Positions 9,673 to 22,075 of a stretch of 28,582 nt of DNA are shown here, piece after piece. Origin of the DNA: Anthoceros angustus. Its lineage: Eukaryota; Plantae; Anthocerotophyta. The stretch spans positions 1 through 28,582 of the forward strand of contig VJWM01000374.1 in NCBI GenBank assembly GCA_010909165.1. The letters run 5' to 3'. The notes beneath the pieces were generated by a model that saw only the letters and a program-made list of their open reading frames with translations, did not search any database and was not told where the DNA came from. The position numbers and the translations under genes are program-made. Positions within the stretch are counted from its first letter, which is position 1, and the number at the start of each line of letters is the position of its first letter.

Positions 9673-10200
9673 AGGACCCAATGTCCTCCTCTTGGCCAAA
9701 CGCAAGATCTCATTGTTGGCCTTCAAAATTCTTTTGTGGAGGTGGGCCCCCAAGCTATGATATTGCATTTGGAGATCATCAATCTCCGTGGGCCACTCTC
9801 CATCTTCACACCTACCTTTGGCGTCCTTGAGGTGGCTTCAATTCCCCCACCTTGACATGGAGGGTCACATTCTCTCCCTGCTGTTTGGCTAGCCAATTTT
9901 ACTGAAGGGCATAATCAGCCCAAACCTTCGTCCTTACTTACCAGCATTCTATGTACCACTTTCTTGTGGTACTCCTCTTCCTGGGACCTTTTCCTTCCAA
10001 GTCCTCTATTAGTTGAGCAAGCCCTTCCCTCTCCGCTTGCCAAGCATCTTTCCGCTCCGGCTCCGGTCTGAGTCTCTTGGGGTAGGTCGCCTTAGCTCGA
10101 AAAGGAAGTTGTGGCGCCCAAAGCGCACTTTGCACCTTTGGATGGTCCGCCACTGGCCACACAACCCTAGATTTTGTGCATCATTCACAAAATCCTAATC
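9673..10200 (-). pseudogene. Host sequence interrupted by element 1 (continues at 384 leftwards); probable decayed retroelement accessory ORF
   Basis: Removing element 1 and one AGGA joins ...KANNEILRLAKRRTLGP to HDDEKGAEVQRRPPFDEAIGEMDSG... in frame. There is weak resemblance to ORFs at 28123-28563. Confidence 0.4.
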
Positions 10201-10886
10201 GATCTATAATACCTATTTTCCTACTCTGCCTAATTAATCTCTTGCTAATTACTCTTATATATTTATCCTCTATTGATGAGCATATATGGATATCCCCTTT
10301 ATTCTAAGTTTCCTTTGGCGAGATTTTGTCCCACATGATGATCGCCCGTACGTAGTGCTCCTTACTCGGGCTACGGCGTGTGTACACTACGTGAGTCTCG
10401 GCCTACCAACCTTCGGGTGCCCATACAAATGGGTCGCTTGACCCGTTTTTCCTCACAGGATATCCTTTTTGCCTTCTAACAATATTCCACGCTCTAGTTC
10501 AAGATCAAGTTTCCTCGCATGTTCCTCTTCAATCGGTCTTAGCCAAAAAATCAAACTTGTTCTCTCGCCGCTTTGGTGGTTGCCCAAACTTTATTGCTCC
10601 ACATATGTTGTAAGCAGATTTTTTTCGTTGTAAAGCTCGTCTTGAGACGTCCGTCACCTTGGGAAGCACAAGACGGCAAGGCAAACATTTTTGAACCGAA
10701 TCGACGTGGTGCTATTGTGGGAGGCACACGTGGAGGCACACTATGTGCCCGGAGAGCGCCCTCGAGGTTAAGTGTGATGAGATGAGCCCGCGTCGAGACG
10801 CCGCGTGATGAGACAAGCCCGCTCCAACTCGCCCGCAGCCCAAGGGTTGTTAGTGCCATCCCGAGCCTGCTCCAATCTCCGTGTCC

Positions 10887-11073
10887 GCCGATCAAGTGGA
10901 CGGCGAAGATGAGCACAAGATGTCCATGACTTCTTTGCAACGGGCTGGTTTGCAGCAGAAAGGACCTAGCGATGGAGGTTGCCGATCAAGTGGATGGCGA
11001 AGATGAGCATGAGACGTCCGTGACTTCTTCCGCAGAGGGCTGGTTTGCATCATTAGAGGACGCGATGGAGGTT
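10887..11073. repeat. Two tandem copies of a ~94-bp unit
   Basis: GCCGATCAAGTGGA(C/T)GGCGAAGATGAGCA...GATGGAGGTT starts at 10887 and 10981. Confidence 0.85.
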
Positions 11074-12500
11074 ACTAGGAGGACTTGCTCGCAAGAGGTC
11101 GCCTTACGAAGTTCCAACCGAGCATGAGAGTCATAGTGCTTCGGATTACTCGCATCGAAGGCGCTTTGAGACCGAGATACGGACTTTAGTGCCTTCTCCA
11201 CCTTCCCTTGCCTCATACTCGAGGTGGACATTGATGAATTTGTCAATCAATCCGATGAGGGGATGTCCTACGAGTCATTTTCGAGGCCACCGCTGAATAT
11301 ATTTGAGCGGGTTTTGGATGGAGTTTGGCGGAGGAACGTGAACATTTTAGGGAGCTCAAGGAAGCATTGGAGAGGGAAGCAAAGGAGAGGGAAGTCTCAA
11401 GAATCGCCTTGGAGTCTCGGCTGGCATGGCAAAAGCTTGGAGATGTTGTGAAGGAATTGTGTGTAGCGTGGGACCGCTATGGGCGAGTCTGTGGCAAGGA
11501 GCCTTTGGGATATGGGTGTCGCTTATTGTTGCATTGTGTAATAAGCGTGTTCCTAATCCCGAGATGATTCACGACGGTTCATGGGTTTTCGATTTCAAAG
11601 TGTCACGTTATGTTGAATGAGATAATCGAACTGCATCACATGTGTGTCGCCATTTCTTCTACTCGATCGCAAAACAAGCATCACAATAACCTAATGGCTT
11701 GTTAAGGACATTGTTATGAATCTTCCTTCCCGCCTTCACCCTTTGAAGTAGTCTCGCCTCCTTGAGTGGACCCAAGAGACGCGCTTCTTCATCTCCGACG
11801 TCCGCAGTACATTGCTTTCTCCTCCGCAGGATCGGTGATGGCTTACTCCGCCATAGACCACGACGGACTCAGATCCGCCCAAGCATGCGTATGCTCCGAT
11901 GGTGTGGCGCTCATCCCAACTTTCTCCTTCCTCCGCAGATGGCTTGGAGGCACGCTTTGGTTTCCTTGCTTCGCTTGGTTCTCTTGGTGTGCTCTGGCCA
12001 TTGCACAACCATACTTGCGCCCGCTCCGGTCTTCATTACGAGGCGCGTTATCGCTTGGATGACGGTGAAGGCGCAAGTTCAAGCTTGGCGAGAGGTAGCG
12101 GATGGATTGCCATCGCTAGCTACGGGCCGTGTGAGTGCTCGAGCGGTGGGTAGCCTAAATCCATATTAGAAAGTCCACATGTTGGATTCATACCATGCCA
12201 CTTGACACGTGGATGTAACCCGTCTATAAATGCAATTTACAATGTATGCTTGCTTGTATACACATGCTTGGATACGTATGCTTGAACACACACGCTTGAA
12301 TACGACTATAGTGGCACACATGGCTCACTAGTAGAATAAGTCATTTACAACGCGTCCATAACGTGCTTTACAACGCATGAGGTTGTAAAGCACATTTTGG
12401 ACGTTGTAATATGTGCTCAAAAATATACCGTATTGGTATACCGTATCCATATATGGTATACCATATCCGATATGGTAATAGGCACATACATGCACCGTGT

Positions 12501-12730
12501 GGCTCACCAAGCAAGAAATTGGGCTCGCCGTGAGGCTCGCCAAGCAAAGAATCTGGGCTCGCCAGGCTCGCCAAGCAAGAAATTGGGCTCACCGTGAGGC
12601 TCGCCAAGGTTGAATTGGGCTGTGAGGCTCGCTGTGCTGCTCATGGATTGGGCTGGATTGGCTCACCATGGGGCTTGCCAGGATGCTGTGGATTGGGCCA
12701 GGATTTCTGAGCAGGGGCTCGCCAAGCAAG
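12501..12730. repeat. Short GGCTCGCC(AAGCAAG) repeat cluster near the CACTA left end
   Basis: Repeated GGCTCGCCAAGCAAGAAATTGGGCTC(G/A)CCGTGA-like units. Confidence 0.75.
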
Positions 12731-12875
12731 GGATCAGTCTCGCTGTGGATCGGGCTCGGATTGCTAAGTAGGTGATCGGGATTGCTGCTATCTGCCTCGA
12801 AATCAAGCACCATGAAGGAGAAAGGACTCTGAATGAGTGAGTGGCCATTATCCTCTTAGGTCAGACCTGGTTGCC

Positions 12876-13305
12876 CAAGTCTTGATGGGAGTAGCAGCCC
12901 AATTCTTCCCAATTGCTATGTGCAACCAAGTCTCGATGGCAATAGCAGCATAATTCTCCCCAATTCTTTTTGGAATTTGTGCTATGTGGAGCCAAGTCTC
13001 GATGGAAGTAACTCAATTCTTCCCAATTCTTTCCGGAATTTGTGCTATGTGGAGTCAAGTCTCGATGGAAGACTCAATTCTTCCCAATTCTTTGGAAGTT
13101 GTGCTATGTGCAACCAAGTCTCGATGGTAGTAGCAGCACAATTCTCCCCAATTCTTTCTAGAATTTGTGCTATGTGCAACCAAGTCTCGATGGCAATAGC
13201 AGCACAATTCTCCCCAATTCTTTCTGGAATTTGTGCTATGTGGAGTCAAGTCTCGATGGAAGTAGCAGCTCAATTCTTCCCAATTCTTTTGGAATTTGTG
13301 CTATG
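12876..13305. repeat. Minisatellite, 7 copies of a ~50-66-bp unit
   Basis: Unit (C/T)CAAGTCTCGATGG..TAGCAGC.CAATTCT.CCCAATTCTTT..GGAATTTGTGCTATGTG starts near 12876, 12926, 12992, 13055, 13114, 13180 and 13246. Confidence 0.9.
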
Positions 13306-13461
13306 TGTGTGTCTGTGGATATAATTAGTCTAATATGTATGTGGCTGTGTGCTAGGTTTTCTAGTGTGGGCGGCAAGGATTACACAATCCTGTTGGTCTC
13401 TTGCTGTTGTTTGCCACAAAATCCAGCATTGGAAGGACACACTCTTGTGGACAGACTCATC

Positions 13462-16400
13462 ATGCCAGGAGGTGGCCGTAAGCGTGCTCGACCAATGGTT
13501 CAGTATGCTTTTGAGAAATGTAATTGTAAACTGTAAGGGCAAAGGACGGGGAATCAAGTCCGTATTCATGAGCATACGGAATATATCGAGGCGGAGGGAG
13601 GCGCAAGTTCGGAAGAAACCCGCATTACAAGTGAAGACTCACCGTGACGGCAAGCGTATATGACGTGAGTTTCTAACCCCTTTGGTTAAGTATTTGAGAT
13701 GTATATTGAGTTTCTAACCACTATTTCGTGATACATTCAAGGTATATCATATTTAATATTAATATATATATTTATATTTATTTAGTATATGCATGCCTTT
13801 TAAATGTGCATGATGTGTCATTGATGCATGATGGTTTCGTAAGTTAAACTGTATGGTATGTAGTTTGTACTTATGATGATTATTTTTGTATAGTTGGCGT
13901 AACTTCCTATAGAGGACCATGTTAGCACTCTTGATCCCGATGATCGATGATGAACGCACTGTGGACACATGTCTCTGCAGTAGGAAAAATTTGGGTGGAA
14001 AGGAGAGTCACGTGGACCTTTCCTTGAACACCCTTACCACGAGGGAGAGGATGCAAACTCTCATGATGCTTGTGTTATACAAGCGTCTTCTCAAAGGTGT
14101 ATATCCCAAGGAGTGGGGAATGTGGGAGGAGGGGCCATTCCTATTAACAAACCATTTCCATATTGGGGTCGGATAGTGAAGGAGGCAACAAATCCAATAA
14201 TGGGGTTGGGTTTGTTTGCCTTGGAAAAATAAGTGTTAGTAGAAAGGCGGCGTTCCATTATTTGTGTTTGGTGGTCCCATGTATACACGTAGTTTAACAA
14301 GATTGGAGTATGTGAGATTGCGAGTTTCAAAAAATATGCCTTAACTTTCAAGATGTAGGCGTAAGAAGCTTACGTCACCTATAGTGTACTTGGATGGGCA
14401 TGTGGCATATGGGAATGTGGCGGGTTACATTAATAGCGATAAACAAGGTAAGCTCTAGGAGGAAGACGATGGGCATGAGCTATTGCATCATAGCCACATG
14501 ATGTGGGTGTGCACTTGGGCGGTGGACCATTGAAGCGGTGAGGAGTTGTTTGTTGAGTACAATTGGTTTGACCCAAATTATGCGATAGCAAGAATAAAGG
14601 CTAAAGGCGTGAGTATGCACATACTAAAGAGTATGTGCAAAGAGAGTGGAAGAAGATGAAGGCAAAGTTAATGCATGAAGACAAAGTGCGGATGCGGAGG
14701 AGTATGTAGATCTGCAGAATATGCAAAAGGGAATGGGAAAAGATGAAGGCAAAGTTGATGAAAGAGGATGTAGATTTAGAGTAGTATTTGCATGACATGT
14801 CTTTGAATGATGTGAATATTAGTTTTTCCTCATCGTGTTTGAAGTTTGAACATAGTTTATCTAGGTGATTGATATCCTTTAGAGATCATGGTCAAGCTAG
14901 CCTATAATAAAGTATTATTTATTTTATTTTATTTTATTTTATTTTCATAACATGTTATGTATGTTTGCTCAAAAATTCTAGGTTGAAGGGGAAAAATTCA
15001 TGGTGAATCCATGCATGAGGAAGAAAACGAATACATTCACCCTCATGAACAAGTGGCTATAGAGATGGTGGAGGCACTTGGTGGAGTAGCATTGCCATTT
15101 GACGAGGAAGAGGTAAATTCTTTGCCTAAGGAATTGAAGAGAATGCATACACCGCAACCACATCTTTATGGACCGGAGCCAAAACAAATTTGTCACATTT
15201 ACCTTATTATTGCTTAACGTCCGGAGGAGGCATTGTTGGTCGGATGCATCTGTGAATACTATGTTGGAATTAATAGGAGCTTAGGACTCCCGACAACAAG
15301 TTGCCCAAGAATAGAGCGAGATAAGAAAACTATTGAAGGATTTGGCCTGTCTTATAAATCTATACATGCTTGTCCAAATGATCCTATTATTTTCATGGCG
15401 AGCTGCTCCGCTAATGCTGCAAGTGTGGGGCAAATAGATACGAATACAAAGGGCAAAAAATACGTGAAGGTGTTGCGTTATTTCCCATTAATTCCTAGGT
15501 TGAAGCAAATGTTTAGGTGCAAGAAGCTAGCTAGTATGATGTCTTGGCATGCAACATTTAAGTCTAGTGATGGGATCATGAATACCATCGACGCCCAAGC
15601 GTGGAATATGTGGACCAAACATTTCCAGTTTGCTATGGAGACGCAATATTCGCTACTCGATGGGATTAACCCGTTTGGACACCAAGTTCTCAATATTCCA
15701 TTTGGCTACTTGTCAATTATAACTTGTTTCCATGGATGTCCATACGCAATGGACATATATTATTATCAATGATTATTCGGTCCGAAGCAAGTGAAAATGC
15801 GACATTTATTTCCGACCGCTTATTGAAGAGTTGAAGATATTGTGGGAAGAAGGCATAATAGTGGACGATATTTCACCTGGAGATGGGAATGCTCAAAAAC
15901 AATTTAGATTAAAAGCCTTATTGATGTGGACTATGCACGACTACCGTGATATACGGTCACTTCAAAGCTTCAAACCAAAGGGAAGCGCATGTCCAAAATG
16001 TTGGGATAAACTTGAAGCACGCAGATCACCACACACTAAAAAATGACGATGATAAAAATTCTAGAATGCACTTGCCAGAGGAACACAAGTTTAGAGTGGA
16101 AGAGAAGGACACATTTGATGGACGTGCTGTGACTGCAAGTGTTCTTCCGAGCGATGAACCTACAGCAACAGTTATCGTAAGAGAGAGTTTTTTACGGAAA
16201 ACCGCAACTAAGGCGACTGTTAGGCCTTGGGGTGTCACAAGCAATGAACCTTCAATTTTTTGGGAGCTTCCATATTGGGAGGTAGGTGTCGATCCCGTTT
16301 TTTTATCCTTCACTTTAATATATTATAAAATGATTATGCTTTTAGAACTTTGTAGCAATCGAATGCTTACAATTATCATCAATATGCATATGATGGCTGC

Positions 16401-18682
16401 AGTGTTGCTAATTAGACACTTGTTTGATATCATGCACATTGGAAAGAACGTTAGTGAACAAATTATGAGGCACATTTGTGGGGAGTTTGAAACCCTATGA
16501 GTCGAGAGATCTCGAACTATCAAATACCAAGGTGAATGGTGGCCCAAGGAGGCCCCAACCTAAACCCAAGCCCAAGGGTAGGGCTAGGGCCATGGGCCAT
16601 GGGCCATGGGCCATGGCAAGCCCCAAGCCAAGTATGGGCCTAGGCCTAGGCAATCAAGGAAAAGGAAGAGAGGACAAGATGATGCATTGATGAAGGAACG
16701 CGGTGCATACGGACTCCAAAGACCTTGGGTTCTTGGACATGGCACTAACTATTCTTATCCTAAAGCATTGGAGAAATTGAAGAGAAGGGTTTGCAACATC
16801 CGTATGCCCGGGTATGGGTCCAACTTGAAACGTTGTTTTAAGAAAGGGACACGAGAGACAATTTCACAAGTCCCATGATCATCATCATTTGTTATGTGAC
16901 ATATGGCCAATTGCCTTGAGAGGGTTGATACATCCACATGTGCATAAGGCTATATGTGATCTCAACTAATGCGTTGGCTTACCGCAAAAGAAATTGTGAA
17001 GGATGAGATTCTCGCTATGAAGGTCAAAATTGCGAGGTGATGTGCATTTTGAGAGAGAGTTTCCTACAACATTTCGACAAGCCGTCCATGTCATTATTCA
17101 TCCGTGCGAGGTTGAATTATGTGGGCCCACACGCTATCGTTGGATGTATTTTCTTGAACATATGAAAGTGCTAAAGAACCTTGTACGACAAAAAGCTCGA
17201 AGGAAGGAAGCATGGCTTTAGGATATCTAGCACAAGAGACAATGTTTTACTCTTGAATTCTTTGGAAATATCCATAATGCAGCTCCACGGATGTGGACAA
17301 TGAAAGAAGATGTTACTCAAAGTGGGAGTTGTTACAAGGATATGGAAAGATAAAGCGCCGATGTGGAAAGGAGTCAAGTGAGGAAAGTGATATTAGAGAA
17401 CTCGGAGTGGACTAAGCAATGGAAAGAAGTATATGATGACATCAAGATCGCCTTTTGTGGAGTGGTTAATCGATGAGGTGGAAGCATCTAAAAGGGAACG
17501 CATTAGAAATATATGGAAAGGAGGTGGTTGCACTTGTAAGAGGGCCATTTGAATCATGCGTTCTTATAGCATGATGTGGGCATATGGACATCATATCTTG
17601 GATCTTGAGGAAACAAACTTGTGATAGCATCATAACACAACTATATACATTTCTATGTATTGAAAACAGGTGACCGAACCCATTGCAGTAGCCTATGTTG
17701 GAACAAAGGAGAGGATTTATGAAGTTGATTTTGGAGTTACTACAAATATAAATGTGCTCAAGGTAAAGTGGTTCCACACCGGAATGAGGATAGGAGAGAT
17801 GACTCCACCGGTATGGTCATGTTGAATCCAAACAAAACGTTATCTCAAGAAAAGTCGAAAGACGAACCATTCGTTATGGTATCTCCGAAATTGGAGCAGA
17901 GCAAAATACCCAAAAATCTTGGAAACTTGTAGGTACAACATGTAGTAGAATGTGACGATTTTGATGGAAGACATGTCCATGAAGTGCTGGAATACAAGGA
18001 TGACATGGAAGACGAGGATATCGATAGAAGAAGTGGAAGATGATCATGAGCATATCGATGGAACTAGATATGTAGTGGAAGATAACGATGAAATGGAAGA
18101 TGAGGATATCGATGGAATATACGTTGTTGAAGATGACATGGAAGATGAAGATATTGATGGAAGACATGTAATCAAGACGTCGACATAGAAGATGAGGATA
18201 TTGATGAAAGACATGTAGTCGAAGATGAAGATGACATGGAAGATGAAGGAAGATGAAGAGGAAGATGATGGTGATAGTGATGATGAGGATGACAAGGAAG
18301 ATGCGGATGATGAGGAAGACGAGGATGCGGTAGAGAGGATATCGATGAAGAGACTACGGAAGATGAGGAGGGTAGCGAAAATGAAAAGGACATGGAATCA
18401 AAAGACGAGGACGCCGACAAGGAAGAAGAGGAAGATGAGGACAACAAGGAAGAAGAGGAAGATGTGGACGAAAGGGAAGATGAAGAGGAAAGTAAAGATG
18501 AGGATGATAAGGAAGATGAGGATGAAAGCAAAGATGAGGATGAAAGAAAAGATGAGGATGACAAGGAAGATGAGGATGAAAGCAAAGACGAGGATGACAA
18601 GGAAGATGAGGATGAAAGCAAAGATGAGGATGAAAGCAAAGACGAGGATGACAATAAAAAGATGAGGACAACAAATGAATGA
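13462..18682 (+). pseudogene. CACTA TnpD-like DDE transposase (Tnp2/Transposase_21, DUF4218- and DUF4216-like regions), spliced, frameshifted
   Basis: YKSIHACPND, VKVLRYFPLIPRLKQMF, LKALLMWTMHD, ACPKC, FWELPYWE, LLIRHLFDIMHIGKN, GYGSNL, EVELCGP.RYRWMYF.E.MKVLKNLVRQKAR. Likely GT-AG introns lie at 13665-13912, ending at 14981, and at ~16282-16402. The N-terminal start and acidic C-terminus are inferred. Confidence 0.88.
17950..18680 (+). repeat. Asp/Glu-rich low-complexity coding-like repeat (GAAGATGAGGATGA... units)
   Basis: ORF 18392-18682 is mostly D/E/K. Purine-rich tandem units follow the DUF4216-like region. Confidence 0.85.
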
Positions 18683-19129
18683 GCTTTTATAGATATCATC
18701 TTACGTACATCGATGAGGAATTGAGAATGAGCGATACGTCATGTATGCGGTGTTAGAAGGTTTTGAAATTTCAAAATGTGATACAATGCTTGGGGTTTGA
18801 GTTTGGTCTTAATTATAACATATACAAGGCTTGCTTATAATGTGTGAATTATTTTTACGATGGTGCGGGACTCGAACCATGAGCCCCTTATAATCGAACA
18901 TATATACTTCTAGTTCATTTCTGTCTGTAATGCCTTTGTCATTAAAGTGTTGATCTAGTTTCCTCCGGTACTTTTGCCAACGATAGCATGTACATCCTCG
19001 ACTATTCCCACAGCTTGTCCAGCCTTTCTTTGGATAGACAAAGATAGTCAAACCAAACCAAACCCAACCCAAGCAAATATTAGCCTTCCTCATAGCAAAC
19101 ATCCTTTCCCGAGCTTCGAGCTGGCCTTA

Positions 19130-19737
19130 TGAAAGGAAAGGGTACATAGACGTGGGACAAGGAAACAATGCAAAGACATACTTATCCTTGAAGTAATCTC
19201 CGTAGATATTCTGAAGGACTGGCCTTGAGCTTTCTGGCACATGCTCCTGCCCTTTGTTAGTAAGAAATGTAATGAGAGCATGAATTCCCTAGAGAAGTTT
19301 AATCACGAAGTAAATTCGGCCGGTGAGACGAGTGACTACTGCAGTATCCAGAATCTGACCAAGGCTAACTAGACGATTAGCAAACTATATGAAGGCATTA
19401 GAATTTCATATGGCCCACAAAAGGCGGAACCACCACCTCCCCATCAAAATCTAAACCCCCAATCTATTCACTAATATACGCTCATTCAAATACCCAGGAA
19501 GCCCGAACGTATGGGAACTCGAACGTATACGATGAGGCGGGACTCGAACTATGAGCCCCTTTTTGAACATACTCCCAATTGATTTGTGCACCTTAAAATG
19601 CCTTTGTCACTGTTGATCTAATTTCCTTGAGTACTTTTGCCAATGGTAGCAGCATGTAACCATGCCAAGCTATAGCTTGTCTAGCCTTTCTCTGGACAAA
19701 CAAAGATAATCAACCTTCCAAGATGAAACGTTAACCC
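19130..19737. repeat. ~600-bp module duplicated at 20560-21147, with a partial third copy at ~18855-19055
   Basis: Shared blocks include CAATGCAAAGACATACTTATCCTTGAAGTAATC, CCGGTGAGACGAGTGACTAC and GCCAAGCTATAGCTTGTCTAGCCTTTCTCTGGA. Confidence 0.9.
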
Positions 19738-19927
19738 CAACCTGTTTTAGTGAAAACCGCTCCCAAAATCACCCCTTGTGCCCCAATCTATTCAATACCA
19801 ATTGCAAGTAGCCTCCCTCGCATCAAACATCCCTTGTTGGCTCTATGCAAGGAAAAGGTAGCATCGCCTAGAAGAGACGAGCTCCAATATTGTGCAAGAG
19901 AATCGCCGGTTGCTCGACAAATATGAC

Positions 19928-20467
19928 CGCCATACAATGGCGCCCAGCACCTGACAATGTCTTGCTATACAATGGCGCCCAACGCCGACAATGGCTTGCC
20001 ATACAATGGCGCCTAACGCCCGAGAATGGCTTGCCATACAATGCCGGCGCACAACGCCCAACAATAATGGCGCCCAATTAACGCCCAACTATGGCGCCCA
20101 ATTAACACCCAACAATGGCGCCCAACGCACAACAATAATGGTGCCCAATTAACGCCCAACAATAATGGGACCCAACGCTCAACAATGGCGCCCAATTAAC
20201 GCCCAACAATGGCGCCCAATTAACGCCCAACAATGGTGCCCAATGCCCGACAATGGCTGGCCATACAATGGTGTCCAAATAACGTTCAACAATAGCGCCA
20301 ACAATAATGGCGCCCAATGCTCAACTATGACGCACAATTAACGCCCAATAATGGCGCCCAATGCTCAACTATGATGCACAATTAACGCCCAATAATGGCG
20401 CCCAACGCCCAACAATAATGGGACCCAACGCTCAACTATGGCGCAATTAACGCCCAAAATTGCGCCC
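19928..20467. repeat. GGCGCC-core satellite-like array, block 1
   Basis: Mixed units AATGGCGCCCAATTAACGCCCAAC, AATGGCTTGCCATAC and AATAATGGCGCCC. Confidence 0.92.
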
Positions 20468-21169
20468 AATACAATATGCCAAATTTAAAATACCCCACCT
20501 GCCTCCCCCGCCTTCCACCCCCATCAAAACTCTTCCTCGTTATCCCCGCCCCCACTTCCCTAAAGGAAAGAGTATGTAGTCGGAGAAAGCAACAATGCAA
20601 AGACATACTTATCCTTGAAGTAATCTTCGTAGATTTTCCGAGGAACCAGTCTAGAGCTTTCTGAAACATGCTATACTCTTTGCTAGTAAGAAATGTAATG
20701 AGGGCATGAATTTTCTAGAGAAGTTTAATCACAAAGTAAATTCGACCGGTGAGACGAGTGACTACGGATCCAATCTAGCCAAGGCTAACTAGATGATTAA
20801 AAGACTATATGGAAGCATTAGAACTTCATATGGCCCAAAAAGGCGGAACCGCCACCTCCCCATCAAAATCTAAACCCCAATCTATTTACTAATATACACC
20901 GATTCAAATTTCCAAGACGCAACGTGTGGGAACTCGAACATGTCGATGAGGCGGACTCGTACTATGAGTCCCTTTTCGAACATACTCCCAATTGATTTGT
21001 ACACCTTACAATGCCTTTGTCATCGTTGATCCAATTTCCATGGGTACTTTTGCCAATGGTAGCAAAGAGTAACCATGCCAAGCTATAGCTTGTCTAGCCT
21101 TTCTCTGGATAAACAAAGATAATCAACCTTCCAAGATGAAATGTTAACGTGCTTGCGACAAATATGATC

Positions 21170-22075
21170 GGCTATACAATGGTGCCCAACAATGGCGCCT
21201 AACAATGGCGCCAACGCCCAACAATGGCTTGTCATTCAATGGTGCCCAACGCCCAACAATAATGGCGCCCAATAATAATAATAATGGCGCCCAACAATGG
21301 CTTGTCATACAATGGCGCCAACAATGGCTTGCCATTCAAAGGTGCCCAACGCCCAACAATAATGGCGCCAATTAATGCCTAACTATGGCACCCAATTAAT
21401 GCCCAACAATGGCGCCCAACGCCCGACAATGGCTTGCCATTCGATGGTGCCCAACGCCCAACAATAATGGCGCCCAAATAACGCCTAACAATGGCGCCCA
21501 ATGCCCAATTATGGCGCCCAATTAACGCCCAACAATGGCGCCCAACGCCCGACAGTGGCTGGCCATAGAATGGTGCCCAAATAACACCCAATAATAATGG
21601 CGCCCAATGCCCAACAATGGCGCCCAATGCCCGACAATGGCTGGCCATACAATGGTGCCCAATAATAATAATGGCGCCTAACGCCCAACAATGGCCCAAT
21701 TAATGCCCAACAATGGCGCCTAACACCCAACAATGGCGCCTAACGCCTAACAATGGCGCCCAATTAACGCCCAACAATGGCGCTTAACGCCCAACTATGG
21801 CGCCAATTAACGCCAACAATGGCCAACACCCAACAATGGTACCAAATTAACGCCCAACAATGGCGCCCAATTAACGCCCAACAATGGCGCCTATTAATGC
21901 CCAACAATGGCGCCTACTAACGCCTAACAATGGCGCCTAATTAATGCCCAATAATGCCCAATTAACGCTAACAATGGCGCCTAACGCCCGACAATGGTGC
22001 CCAACGCCCAACAATGGCACCCAATTAACGCCTAACAGTGGCGCCCAACGCCCGACAATGGCTGGCCATACAATG
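21170..22075. repeat. GGCGCC-core satellite-like array, block 2
   Basis: Same unit types as block 1, longer array. Confidence 0.92.

Noticed and set aside
12309-12313. TAGTG as the right end of a second CACTA element
   Set aside because: No TTTACAACG motifs or other support lie to its left; a 5-mer match is expected by chance.
12876-13305. CRISPR array
   Set aside because: Units are contiguous tandem variants with no unique spacers, the context is eukaryotic, and there are no cas genes. The same applies to 22389-23060.
18044-18699. Poly-Ser and HPHL-repeat ORFs on the minus strand
   Set aside because: These are antisense shadows of the acidic repeat.
18867-18878. tRNA gene or SINE (GGTTCGAGTCCC B-box on minus; similar at ~19540)
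   Set aside because: No T-stem pairing, A-box or cloverleaf; it lies within the duplicated module.
19843-21733. WAPLL-repeat ORFs as real proteins
   Set aside because: They are translation artefacts of the GGCGCC satellite, and frames shift freely.
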